The notes beneath the pieces are model-generated. The model searched no databases. It had not been told where the DNA came from and saw only the letters and a list, made by a program, of their open reading frames with translations. Shown here one piece after another: positions 52,676 to 63,830 of a DNA stretch of 64,000 nucleotides. Source of the DNA: Mobula birostris. Its lineage: Eukaryota. Numbering within the stretch: position 1 is the first letter of the stretch; each line of letters begins with the position of its first letter. The stretch is from positions 182,191,250-182,255,249 of the forward strand of contig NC_092375.1 of the NCBI RefSeq assembly GCF_030028105.1, written 5' to 3'. A program made the translations under genes and the position numbers.

Positions 52676-52830
52676 TCAGAAAAGCATCATCAACAACACA
52701 GCCTTTTTCCGCTCTCCAAAACCAGACCGCCCGCCAACATCTACAACTCAGGGTCCCCCAGCAGAGCCAGGCACCGGCGCAGAGGACAATTAACAATATA
52801 TCCCGATCCACACTCTCGGAACAAAAGCAT
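52676..52830 (-). other. Three consecutive upstream ORFs in the putative 5'UTR
   Basis: uORF1 52830-52741 (MLLFRECGSGYIVNCPLRRCLALLGDPEL*), uORF2 52740-52690 (MLAGGLVLESGKRLCC*), uORF3 52690-52676 (MMLF*). Only relevant if the TSS lies upstream of them. Confidence 0.5.
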
Positions 52831-53124
52831 TGCAAATGTTCGGAAGGAGCTACTCCTTTCAAAACGCTGAGGTGCTGCTGAACGGAAGATATCAGCAGTT
52901 CTGAGCCTGGGCGACGCTTCCCTTAGCTCTACACGCAGCTCTGATTACCAAAGCGTATCTCTGTACAACTGATCGCTACCCATTCTACTTAACGTTGGAA
53001 ATCAGATTCAGCGATCAGTACATGGGATTAAAAGCAAAGAAGGGAAAAGGGGTGGCCACACCATTGGTTCGCAAAGTCAAGGCAGTAAATACTTGTGAAA
53101 ACAATCACCGCTGTTAATTTGCTG

Positions 53125-53145
53125 ATAGCTGTCCATGGTGCTGAA
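53125..53145 (-). promoter_or_regulatory. RE1/NRSE (REST-binding) element
   Basis: Minus strand TTCAGCACC-AT-GGACAG-CTAT: both half-sites perfect with the canonical 2-bp spacer, about 550 bp upstream of the ATG of a neuronal channel gene. Confidence 0.88.
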
Positions 53146-54018
53146 CACAACTCCAATTTAATTTGAAATGGCGCAGGTGTTTCAGAAAAGTAAAGTAGAT
53201 CTATCCATACATAAGCAGTTAAAACATACAAGCAACTAAATAGAAATGTGCTATTAATATGTAAACGAAATAGGGCTGTCTTTGGAGTAGGAGAATAGGA
53301 ATGGCGTCAAGTGTAATCTTGAGAACACGTTCGATCCCCAAATAAAGGAGATGAATTTAGCAATTAAGAACAAGTTAAAAATCGTAGACCAGGAACTGCT
53401 AAACAAATTGACATTGATGAATGTTATTTAGCCGTGTGCTATTCAAGTAATCTGATGGAATTTAGAGTTTAATATGTATGTTATTCCATGTGAACCAAGA
53501 AACCAATTGCAAGTGCTATCTCGATTGTACCTTCAGGTAAAACAGTTCAGCTGAGTGTTGTTAGAAATGAAACGCCACCAAGGTGCTGGCAATAAATAAT
53601 CAATTAAAGGAATAATCATAACGTTGTCGCGCCCAGGCTTAAGAATTACCGATAGTTTAGAACACTTAAAAATGAACTTCACTTAAAAATTCCCCAAGTC
53701 GCCAATGATAGGCAACTTAGATTGAATCACTGGATTGTTTAAATGATGCGATAGATTCGAAGGCATAAATTGATACAGTTCTCATCTTGCTAAATGGGAA
53801 TGTAGATGTAGCAAGACATTCGAGTGTACTTTGAGAGTGTAATTTTCTGTTTGCTTCAGTCTCCGACCTTTTAGGGAAAATCCCGAATGATTCAAATACA
53901 CTTTCCATTTCAGTAGTGGAAGTTGAAGTAAATATAACAGAGAAGCCAATGATAGAAGTTGATTTTTTTCTGAATAAAGGGTGATAGAGCAGTCTGAACC
54001 CGATCACTGTTGAAACCT

Positions 54019-54058
54019 CAAACATGAGGAAATCTGCAGATGCTGGAATTTCAAGCAA
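54019..54058 (-). mobile_element. 40-bp Penelope-like 3'-terminal insertion with 14-bp TSD
   Basis: caaacatgaggaaatctgcagatgctggaatttcaagcaa flanked by cactgttgaaacct at 54005-54018 and 54059-54072. Confidence 0.85.
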
Positions 54059-54213
54059 CACTGTTGAAACCTGTTTTTTTTCTTTCTAATAATCTGCCTC
54101 ATCTTTCTTAAACTATTTTCTCACTTTTTATTGGCAGTGTCAAATTTATGATTCCCTGTCAGGATGAAATTATATCTTTATCTCTATTTCAGTTTCAAAG
54201 CTTAAAAAAGTTG

Positions 54214-54421
54214 AATAACACATACAAAATGGTGAAGGAACTTGGCAGTTCAGGCAGCATCTGTGGCAAGAAATAGAATCCACATTTTGGGTAGAGACAT
54301 TTCATCAGGACTGGAAAGGAAGGGGGAAGAAGCCAGAATACGAAAGAGCATTAATATGAGATGTCGCTTCTCTAACCTGAGAGTGGCCTCTTCTTGGCAG
54401 TAGAGGAAGCCATGGATTGGC
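54214..54421 (-). mobile_element. Penelope-like terminal fragment
   Basis: Diverged terminal module including ttcatcaggactgg (reverse complement of the CUGAUGA core). Confidence 0.7.
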
Positions 54422-54850
54422 ATAGAACATAGAAAATCTACAGCACATTACAAGCCCTTTGGCCCACACTGTTGTGCCGACCATGTAACCTACTCTAGAA
54501 ACTGCCTAGAATTTCCCTACTGCATAGCCCTGTATTTTTCTAAGTTCCATGTACTTATCTAAGAGTCTCTTAAAAGACCTTATTGTATCTGCCTCTACCA
54601 CCTTTGCTGGCAGTGCATTCCACTCACCCACTACTTTCTGTGTGAAAAGCTGATCTCCAACATCCCCTTTGAACCTACTTCTAAGCACCTTAAAACTACA
54701 CACCCTCGTGTTAGCCATTTCAGCCCTGGGGAAAAGCCTCTGGCTAACCACTTGATCAATACCTCTCATCATCTTACACACCTCTTTCAGGTCACCTCTC
54801 ATCCTTCATTGCTTCAAGGAGAAAAGATCAAGTTCACTCAATGTATTCTT
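54422..54850 (-). mobile_element. CR1 3' end
   Basis: MRGDLKEVCKMMRG...RVCSFKV; atagaacatagaa tail. Confidence 0.85.
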
Positions 54851-54879
54851 ATAGTCGAAGTGAAATCCAGAAGAAGTAT

Positions 54880-55540
54880 TCTAACATATACACACCTTGT
54901 TTTCTAGGTGTGTCAGAGTCAGGTGAACGACAGATGATATGGCATTGGTTGTAGACTGGTTCTGTAGGTAAGCATATTGGTGAGTGTCCAGTGTGGCAGG
55001 AATGGAAGTTTTAGTATGTGCCATTACCAGACTTTCAAAGCACAAGGTGATTGCCATCAGTGCCACTAGGAGTTCATTTCTGAAGATGTAGAGCTCTCTA
55101 GTACAGGGATGATGGTGGCTGATTTAAAGCACGTGGGACCAGCATCCTGGATGAGTGAAGTGTTGAAGATGCCCGTGAAGACATCAGTGAGCTGGGGTGC
55201 ACACTCCCTGAGTTCTTGGCATGGGATGTTGTCTGGTCCAGCTGCCTTATGGGAGTTGACTCTCTGCAGAGTTCTTCTCATGTCTGCTGCTGTTATAGAG
55301 AGTGGCTGCTCACCTAGAAGAGGGGTAGCTTTTGTGGCTGGTATTGTATTGTAGGCTTCGAAGCATGAATAAAAGTTTAGAAAGTCAGGGAGGGAGATGT
55401 CATTGGCACAGTTGACACCGTTATTCCTTCCCTAGTCAGTAATGCCTTTGATGCTCAGCCAGATATGCTGGGGATCGTTCTTGGACAGGTGTTCCTGAAT
55501 TTTTTGATTGTAGGTGGTCTTTCTCCTGTTGATGCATTTG
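54880..55540 (-). mobile_element. Rex-Babar-like LINE internal fragment
   Basis: [19 protein letters not shown] and LDTHQYAY motifs. Confidence 0.85.
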
Positions 55541-57667
55541 GTGACATACCAAATCTGCTCACATTCCTAATGAAGTAGAGCCTCTGCTGTGCCTTCTTCA
55601 TGACTGTGTCAATGTGTTTGGCTCAGGATAGATCCTCCGAGACATGGAAGGAAAGTCATGCTTGACTTATCTCCTTGAGGTGTGACTGGTAAAATGGACA
55701 AGAGAGAAACCAGTGGTGGTCTGTTGAGATTTTTAAAAAGGTTTTAATGATATCCCACACAGGAGGTTGGAACATATGCAATTACACGTGCAGGTTCAGG
55801 AACAGTTATTGCCCCTCAACCATCAGGCTTTGAACTTGAGATGTCAGAATGGGAATGGGGATTCGAATGAAAATGGTTGGCCACCAGGAAATCCTGCTTG
55901 TTGTGGATGGAGCAAAGGTGCTCATTATAAAATGCTGAATTCTCTTTTCTCTGGAAATATTTCTAATATCATAAGCCCATCCCAAAGGTATAGTTTCCAA
56001 TCCTGAGCCTGGAGATTTTGTGCCATATACTTTGACTCAATTATGAATTCTATACTGCTGAAAGAAGGGGGCAATCCAGTCAGTTGCCATTTAATGTGTG
56101 TTCTTATTTCTAGTTGCCTTCACTCTCCCAAAGGTAGATCATTACTATTATTAACACTGATTTGCACATGCTACCTGCATCCCTATTCTACTGCTCTGTC
56201 TTTGTCAACCTCATGTCCTCTTCAACTAAAGACTATTAACTTCCAGCTGCACTAACACATTCATCCTCAGTCCTGTCTCAGTCTGTCTGCCACTGTCATC
56301 TATACTATTGTTACTTCCAGTCTCCACTATTTTAATGTTTTTTTGGTCAGTATTCCCATTACTATTCTGATGATTTAAGTTCATCCAAAATTCTATAGTT
56401 CTGCTCAGCAGTTCTCTATTTGCTGATCTACAATGAAACTCGGTCGTTTTTAATAAGTATAACATCATGTGCAAATTCTGCCATATCTTCAACTACAGCA
56501 ACCTATTATCTTGTAAGTCACACTGAAATTCCCATTGACATCCTTATCTTGAAAACTGGCCTTCAAATTTGACCTCTTTGAACAAGATTTAATCCATCTC
56601 CTGCTTATATCTGTGAAGTAACATTGAATATGTTACCCCATTAGAGATCCCAATGAAGAAACTGTCATTAAACATTCCCGAAATCTTTCATTCTCTTTAG
56701 TAATAGCTTTTGTTGTTATAAGAATGGAAATTGCATTCCTTATTTCCAAATCCAAATCCTCAAATGTATTGAGAATAAACTTAGACTTTGCACTGACATC
56801 TAGGAAAATTAATCTGTGCAAGGTTTCCATTAGCAAGGTCTCTCATTCTATTTTAAAAAGATATTCTATCTCAAAAACTATTAGATTCCTTTAGCAGCAA
56901 TTACTAGAAGCAGTGTTATTAAGTTCCATCATATAATACTACTCAGGAAGCAGATATACTAATATCCTGCTCTAGTCGCATGTATCTTCTCAGCTTTGAC
57001 CTTAGAAAGCAGCTCTTAAAGGGTCACACCACAAAGCAAGCAGCACTTTTTCAGCTTCTGAAGAATATTTCAAGGAATGATTGAAGATGATAATATCATC
57101 TTTCCTTTGGTATCATGCAGTCTGTACAGAATAGTGTGTGCAACAGGAATCCTTCTCATGCAAAGACATTTCTGGCAGAAATCTCTACCAATTAGCTATC
57201 TTTCCAGTGCAGTCGACAGCTCCTTCCAGCTCTGAGTACAAAATTGCAATAACCAAAACTTGAAGGCTCCCCATAGTTATGGTTGAGATTAAAACAAAAA
57301 TCTACAATGCGTCAGTGGGCAGCAAAACTTGATCTCCTGTCAGAGGTAACAGTTCAGACTTCTCAGAGGGCAAGTGATTTTGAAAGTTGTCCGGGTTCCT
57401 GTGTAAGCTTGTGGTTGAGCTTTTGTGATCACACGTGCCAGGAATGACTTCCCTTATAGGCATTATTCAGAAGTGTTGATAATACCTAGCCAGTTTTGTA
57501 TCCATGGTATTAAAGTCCCTTTTATTCCATGGTCTTCAATATTAAAGATAAATATAGTTTGCATCATTTTATCAGTTATCTTTTTCGAAGTTCACATCAA
57601 CTGCATTGCTCCATTGACACTCTGTTTCTTCAACCAGAATTTCCATCAGGTTTGTTATTACTGTTTT

Positions 57668-58060
57668 ACATAGAAACCATAGACACCACAGCACAGAAAC
57701 AGGCCTTTTGGCCCTTTTTGGCTGTGCCGAACCATTTTCTGCCTAGTCCCACTGACCTGCACACGGATCATATCCCTCTATACACCTCCCATCCATGTAT
57801 CTGTCCAATTTATTCTTAAATGTTAAAAAAGAACCCGCACTTACCACCTCGTCTGGCAGCTCATTCCACACTCCCACAACTCTTTGTGTGAAGAAGCCCC
57901 CGCTAATATTCCCTTTAAACTTTTCCCCCCTCACCCTTAACCCATGTCCTCTGGTTTTTTTCTCCCCTTGCCTCAGTGGAAAAAGCCTGCTTGCATTCAC
58001 TCTATCTATACTCATCATAATTTTATATACCTCTATCAAATCTCCCCTCATTCTTCTAAA
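57668..58060 (-). mobile_element. Young CR1 3' end nested in an older CR1 remnant
   Basis: RRMRGDLIEVYKIM...TRGHGLRV...FTQRVVGVWN. Confidence 0.9.
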
Positions 58061-58589
58061 TGACGTGAAAAATGTTGAAACTCTGTGAAAATAGAATGAC
58101 ATGACTTATCTTTAACAAATCCATGCTGGCTTTCTTACATCAAACCACACTTACCAAGATAATTGTGAATATTGTCCCTGACTACTCCTTCAGCATCAGA
58201 ATCAGGTTTATTATTACTGTACTGACGTATGCCATGAACTTTGTTGTTTTGTGGCAGTACAGTGCAATACATAAACTATACTAAACATTACAATAAGAAA
58301 AATATATAAAAGAAAATTTGAAATGTAATGTAAAAATGGAGCAAAATCATGCGCTAGTGTTCCTGGGTTCAGGAACATTCAGAAATCTGAATAGTAGAAG
58401 GGAAGAAGCTGCTGATGAAATCTTGAACGTGTGCCTCTGTTGGTAGTAATGAGAAGAGGGCAGATCCTGGGTGGTGGGGATTCTTAATGACAGGTGCTGC
58501 CTTTTTAAGGCATCACCTTTTGAAAATGCAACACACATCAAAGTTGCTGGTGAACACAGCAGGCCAGGCAGCATCTCTAGGAAGAGGTA

Positions 58590-58627
58590 CAGTCAACGTT
58601 TCAGGCCGAGACCCTTCGTCAGGACTA
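58590..58627 (-). ncRNA. Minimal type I hammerhead ribozyme, inverted copy
   Basis: UAGUC-CUGACGA-A-GGGU(CUCG)GCCU-GAAA-CG-UU^GACUG; core intact, GUU triplet, G-U closing pair in stem II. Confidence 0.65.
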
Positions 58628-59149
58628 ACTGAAAGAAGAGCTAGTAAGAGATTTGACAGTGGGAAGGGGAGGGAAGATCTGAAATGACCACACATTTTAA
58701 TTCCACGTCCCATTCCCATTCTGATATGTCTATCACGGCCTCCTCTACTGTAAAGATGAAGCCACGCTCAGGTTGGAGGAACAACACCTTATATTCCGTC
58801 TCGGTAGCCTCCAACCTGATGGCATGAACATTGACTTCTCAAACTTCCGCTAATGCCCCACTTCCCCCTCGTACCCCATCTGTTATTTATTTACATACAC
58901 ACATTCTTTTTGTCGCTCTCCTTTTCTCCCTCTGTCCCTCTCACTATACCCCTTGCCCTTCCTCTGTGCTTTCCCCCCTCCCCCTTTTCTTTCTCCCTAG
59001 GCCTCCTGTCCCATGATCCTCTCATAACGCTTTTGCCAATCACCTGTCCAGCTCTTGGCTCTATCCCTCCCCTTCCATTCTTCTCCTATCTTTTTGGATC
59101 TCCCCCTCCCCCTCCCACTTTCAAATCTCTCACTAGCCCTTCCTTCAGT

Positions 59150-59187
59150 TAGTCCTGATGAAGGGTCTCGGCCCGAAACGTCGACTG
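59150..59187 (+). ncRNA. Minimal type I hammerhead ribozyme (Penelope-type)
   Basis: UAGUC-CUGAUGA-A-GGGU(CUCG)GCCC-GAAA-CG-UC^GACUG: intact core, stem I, stem II with tetraloop, and a palindromic ACGU stem III suited to dimer formation. Predicted cleavage after 59182. Confidence 0.8.
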
Positions 59188-60242
59188 TACCTCTTCCTAG
59201 AGGTGCTGCCTGGCCTGCTGTGTTCACCAGCAACTTTTATGTGTGTTGCTTGAATTTCCAGTATCTGCAGATTTCCTTGTGTTTGACCTTTTGAAAATGT
59301 CCTCAATGGAGGGGGTGGGGGTCTAGTGCCTATGATGAAGCTGGCTGAGTTTACAACTCTCTGCAGCTTTTTCTAATCCAGTGTAAAGGCTCCCCCATTC
59401 CAGATGGTGATGCAACCAGCTAGAATGCTCTCCACAGTATAGACTGAATCTCTTCAAAGTCGTAATAGAATATAGCCACTGCTGTGCCTGCTCGGTAATT
59501 GCATTAATATGTTTGGCCCAGGATAGGTCCTCAGAGATGTTGACACCCAGGAACTTGAAGTTGCTCACCTCTCCACTGCTGGCCCCTCAGTGAGGATTGG
59601 TGTGTGTTCCATCGGCTTCACCTTCCTGAAGTACACAATCAATTCCTTAGTATTACTGAGCTGAGTGCAAGGTTGTTGTTGTGGCAGCATTCAACTAGCC
59701 GATCTACCTTAAACATGAGAAAATCTGCAGATGCTGGAAAGAAAGAAATAATAATAATAAATAAATAAACAATAAATATTGAGAACATGAGGTGTCCTTG
59801 AAAGTGAGTCCATAGCTTATGTGAACATCTCAATGATGGGCAAGTGAGGTTGAGTGAAGTTATCCCCTTTGGTTCAAGAAGGTTGAGGGGTAATAACTCT
59901 TTTTGAAACTGGTGGTGTGAGGACTATTGTACCTTCTTCCTGATGATGGATGCTGCTTTCCTGTGACAGTGTTTCATGCAGAGGTGATGTGCTCAATGGT
60001 TGGGAGAGCTTTACCTATAATGTGCTAGGCTGTATTCATTACTTTTCGTAATGTTAAGGTATAAGAAAATTCTGCACCCTAAGCAGGCTAACTTCCTAAG
60101 AGATGTAAAATAAATGTTTAATATCATTTTAGCATGATTTTTTGTCTTTTAAAATATTCCAATATGTTGGAAAATAATTTATAGGCCATGATTTCCAGCC
60201 ATTCTCCAATGCAAAAAAAAACATTGATTTAACAGCCAGTCA

Positions 60243-60600
60243 TAAACACAAGAAATTCTGCCTATGCTGGATATCCAAAGCGACACACACAAAATGCTGG
60301 AGAAAATCAGCAGTTTGACAGCATCTATGATAATGAATAACCAGTCAACATTTCAGGCTGAGACCCTTCTTCAAGACTGAAAAGGAAGGGGGAAGGCACC
60401 AGGATAAAAGTAATAAAATAATAAAAAGGAGAAGGGAAGGGGGCTTGCTGGAAGTTGATAGGTGAAGCCAAGTGGGTGGGAAAGGTAATGGGCTGGAGAA
60501 GAAGGAATCTGATAGGAGAGGGGAGTGGACCACAGGAGAAAGGGAAGGAAATGGGGCACCAGAGGGAGGTGATAGGCAGGTGAGAAGAGGTAAGAGGCCA
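60243..60600 (-). mobile_element. Penelope-like terminal repeat, hammerhead degenerate
   Basis: Same module as 25367 and 59285; core reads ttgaagaa...gaaatgtt. Confidence 0.8.
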
Positions 60601-61226
60601 GCCTACTCACCTGTCTATCATCTCTCCTTCATGCCCCTCCCCCTGGCCCATGTACTTCTAAACATCTGCAGATTTTATCATATGTTAGATATTTTGATTG
60701 TTTACATGTAAATAACACGAGACATAATTGATTAGAGTTACCCAACTTTTTTTTCCCCTTCGCTTCAAAGAAGTTTATCATTGGTTTGAACTTTAATTGA
60801 TATGTTTAATATTTTGGAGAAAAAATCTTTTTCAAGAACATTTCACATGCTCCTCCTTTATAGACTCTTGTAAAAAGCCATCAAAATACAAGGAATTTTA
60901 ACTCCTTACATGTAAAACGAGAGGATGGAATTACTACCCAACAAGCGAGAAACATTATTTTACTGATGGTATACCTTACTTGGGTAACCTTAATTCTGCA
61001 GCAGTCTGTGCGCAGTTAAAAGTTTATTGAAAGCATTCCCTTTCATGCACTTGAAGGCGGATTAGTTGCAGACATGAGCAATAAATTGTAATGCTCCACT
61101 TATGAAGTCAATGTTAGTAATGGTTTAATGAACACAGTACATTCATCATCACCCTGATGTGCATAATACTCCAACACTGTCAAACTGACCATTTACCTGT
61201 ACTGCAAACATCAATCTTCACACCAA

Positions 61227-61368
61227 ACAAAAGGAATTCTGCAGATGCTGGAAATTCAAGCAACACACATAAAAGTTGCTGGTGAACGCAGCAGGCCAGG
61301 CAGCATCTCTAGGAAGAGGTGCTGCCCGGCCTGCTGCGTTCACCAGCAACTTTTATGTGTGTTGCTTG
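61227..61368. mobile_element. Penelope-derived fold-back mini-element with 14-bp TSD
   Basis: ~56-bp arms with 2 mismatches around an AGGA loop; TSD aatcttcacaccaa at 61213-61226 and 61369-61382. Confidence 0.92.
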
Positions 61369-61411
61369 AATCTTCACACCAACTTAGTTTGCACATGCAT
61401 ATAAGATGAGT

Positions 61412-61817
61412 TGTAGAATACACCTTCTGGTGCTACTTGGACACGTCTTCAGTGATGAACCCGGGGTCATAGGGTGTTTAGGGTCTATAGTCATCAGTCA
61501 CCCTCGCCCGGTCGACCCAGCCAGGGGTGATCAGCTCCTGACTTGTGTCCAAGTGGCGCACTAATCCACGGATCCCCCCATCGGATCCACAGCCACCGCA
61601 AGGCCTTTTCAGCATCCTCCAGAATGTTCTTGGTGGCTTTTCTGCACTGCAGTCCTTTAACTCCAAGGAGTTTTAGAGTCCACTGTAATGAATGGCCAGC
61701 AAAGCCCTGGCACCCAACTTCGACTGGCTCACAGCGAGCTCTCCAGCCATTGCTCCAGCGTACTGCAACAAGATCTGTGTATTTAGCCCTCCTTCGCTCG
61801 TTGGCTCCGCTCCTCTG
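61412..61817 (-). mobile_element. HERO-like (R2-group, restriction-like endonuclease) non-LTR retrotransposon 3' end
   Basis: Minus frame ANERRRAKYTDL...GWRARCEPVEVGCQGFAG...AEKALRWLWIR, followed by a HERO-type 3'UTR. Confidence 0.8.
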
Positions 61818-63830
61818 CCATTGAATAAAATCAGGCCGAAAATTAACCTTTTTCTAAGGTTCAACCCGATTGAAAGCCTTCTCAGCGTCTAAAGATATCA
61901 GACATTCTGATATCTCCTTAGAAGGAGAATAAATAAAATTTAATAAGCGACAAGTATTAAAGTGGGAATATCAATTTTTAATAAATCCAGTCTGACCATC
62001 AGAAATGATAGATAGTAAAATATTTTCAACCTTACGGGCCAAAACTTTGAATAGAACTTTAGTATCAACATTAAGTAAGGAAATTGGTCTGTGTGAAGAG
62101 CATTCATATAACCATATAACAATTACAGCACGGAAACAGACCATCTCGGCCCTTCTGGTCCGTGCCGACTCTTACTCTCACCTAGTCCCACCGACCTGCA
62201 CTCAGCCCATAACCCTCCATTCCTTTCCTGTCCATATATCTATCCAATTTAACTTTAAATGACAGCATTGAACCTGCCTCAACCACTTCTGCTGGAAGCT
62301 CCTTCCACACAGCTACCACTCTCTGAGTACAGAAGTTCCTCCTCATGTTACCCCTAAACTTTTGCCCTTTAACTCTCAACTTGTGTCCTCTTGTTTGAAT
62401 CTCCCCCACTCTCAATGGAAAAAGCCTATCCATGTTCACACTATCTATCCCCCTCATAATTTTAAATACCTCTATCAAGTCACCCCTCAATCTTCTATGC
62501 TCCAAAGAATAAAGACCTGACTTTTTCAACCTTTCTCTGTAACTTAGGAGATGAAGCCCAGGTAACATTCTAGTAAATCTTCTCTGTACTCTCTCAATTT
62601 TGTTGACATCTTTCCTATAATTTGGTGACCAGAACTGTACACAATACTCCAAATTTGGCCTTACCAATGCCTTGTACAACTTCAACATTACATCCCAACA
62701 CCTATACTCAATGCTCTGATTTATAAAGGCCCGCATACCAAAAACTTTCTTCACCACCCTATCCACATGAGATTCTACCTTCAGGGAACTATGCACCATT
62801 ATTCCTAGATCCCTCTGTTCTACTGCATTCTTCACTGCCCTACCATTTACCATGTATGTCCTATTTTCATTAGTCCTACCAAAATGTAGCACCTCACATT
62901 TATCAGCATTAAACTCCATCTGCCATCTTTCAGCCCACTCTTCTAACTGGCCTAAATCCCTCTGCAAGCGTTTAAAACTTACTTCATTATCCACAACTCT
63001 ACCTATCTTAGTATTATCTGCATACTGACTTATCCAATTTACCATCCCATCATCCAGATCATTAATATAATTCAGTTGGGTTCTTATTCTTTTTAAGGAT
63101 AAGTGAAATAGAGGCTTCATAGAAAGATTGCGGCAACCTACCCAACTTAAATGAATCCGAAAAAATTGAACATAAATGAGGTATAAGCAGTAAGGAAGAT
63201 GCCTTATAAAATTCTACAGAAAATCCATCAGGACCCGGAACCTTCCCGGAGTGCAACAAGCGTACAGCCTCGGCAATTTCCTCATTAGAAATGGTTGATC
63301 CAACTGTTTACGGTTATCAACAGGAAGTGTAGGAATGCTTAGCTGGTCTAAAAAATTATTCATGATAGTATTATCTTTAGGAGGGTCAGAACTATAAAGT
63401 TTAGAATAGAATTCTCTGAAGCTATCGTTTATTTCTGAATGGTCAATTGTCCTATTACCATTTACTTTTACAAATTTCTTTAATTCGCCGTTTAGCTATA
63501 AAGGTTTTTAATTGGTTAGCCAGTAATTTACCTGTTTTGCCTCCATGAATATAAAGTTGACTTTTATCTTTTAGGAGTTGAGTTTCAATGGGATAAGTTA
63601 AAAGAAGATCACATTTAGTTTGAATTTCAACACACCTTTGATATAAAATAGGATCTGGAACTAAGGCATACTTTTGGTCTAGTTGTTTCAACTGATTAGC
63701 TAACTCAATTCCCTCTTTATTAGCTTTCTTCTTGACACTTGCAGTATATGAAATAATTTGTCCTCTAATATAGGCCTTAAAAGCATCCCATATAATAAGA
63801 CTAGAAGTCTCTTCCGGTGTATTCTCTTAA
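61818..63830 (-). mobile_element. L1-clade LINE ORF2 fragment split by CR1
   Basis: WDAFKAYIRG, SGKVPGPDGFSVEFYK, KNPTE|CSSHRPISLLNVD, QTGF and SLDAEKAF motifs. Confidence 0.88.
62107..63069 (-). mobile_element. Young 5'-truncated CR1 with an uninterrupted ORF2 C-terminal frame
   Basis: Open frame from YINDLDDG through LVRPNLEYCVQFWSP to the stop; 5-bp duplication attca (62102-62106 and 63070-63074). Confidence 0.93.

Larger units (their letters stand above)
58529..59285 (+). mobile_element. Young Penelope-like insertion with inverted terminal segment, GIY-YIG C-terminus and 14-bp TSD
   Basis: TSD accttttgaaaatg at 58515-58528 and 59286-59299. 58529-58687 is an inverted copy of ~59090-59250. 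Encodes HFNS..HSHSDM...RLEEQHLIFRLGSLQPDGMNIDFSNFR*. Confidence 0.92.
58195..59710 (-). mobile_element. Rex-Babar-like LINE 3' portion hosting a Penelope-like insertion
   Basis: NFKFLGVNISEDLSW motif; tail seen as catcagaatcaggtttatt on the plus strand. Confidence 0.8.

Noticed and set aside
61470-61510. CTGATGA motif in the HERO 3'UTR as a hammerhead
   Set aside because: The partner motif reads CTAAAC rather than GAAAC, and no proper stem II forms.
62182-63120. 312-aa ORF as a host gene or L1-CR1 fusion protein
   Set aside because: It is a 5'-truncated CR1 ORF2; the first residues come from an off-frame reading of the flanking L1.
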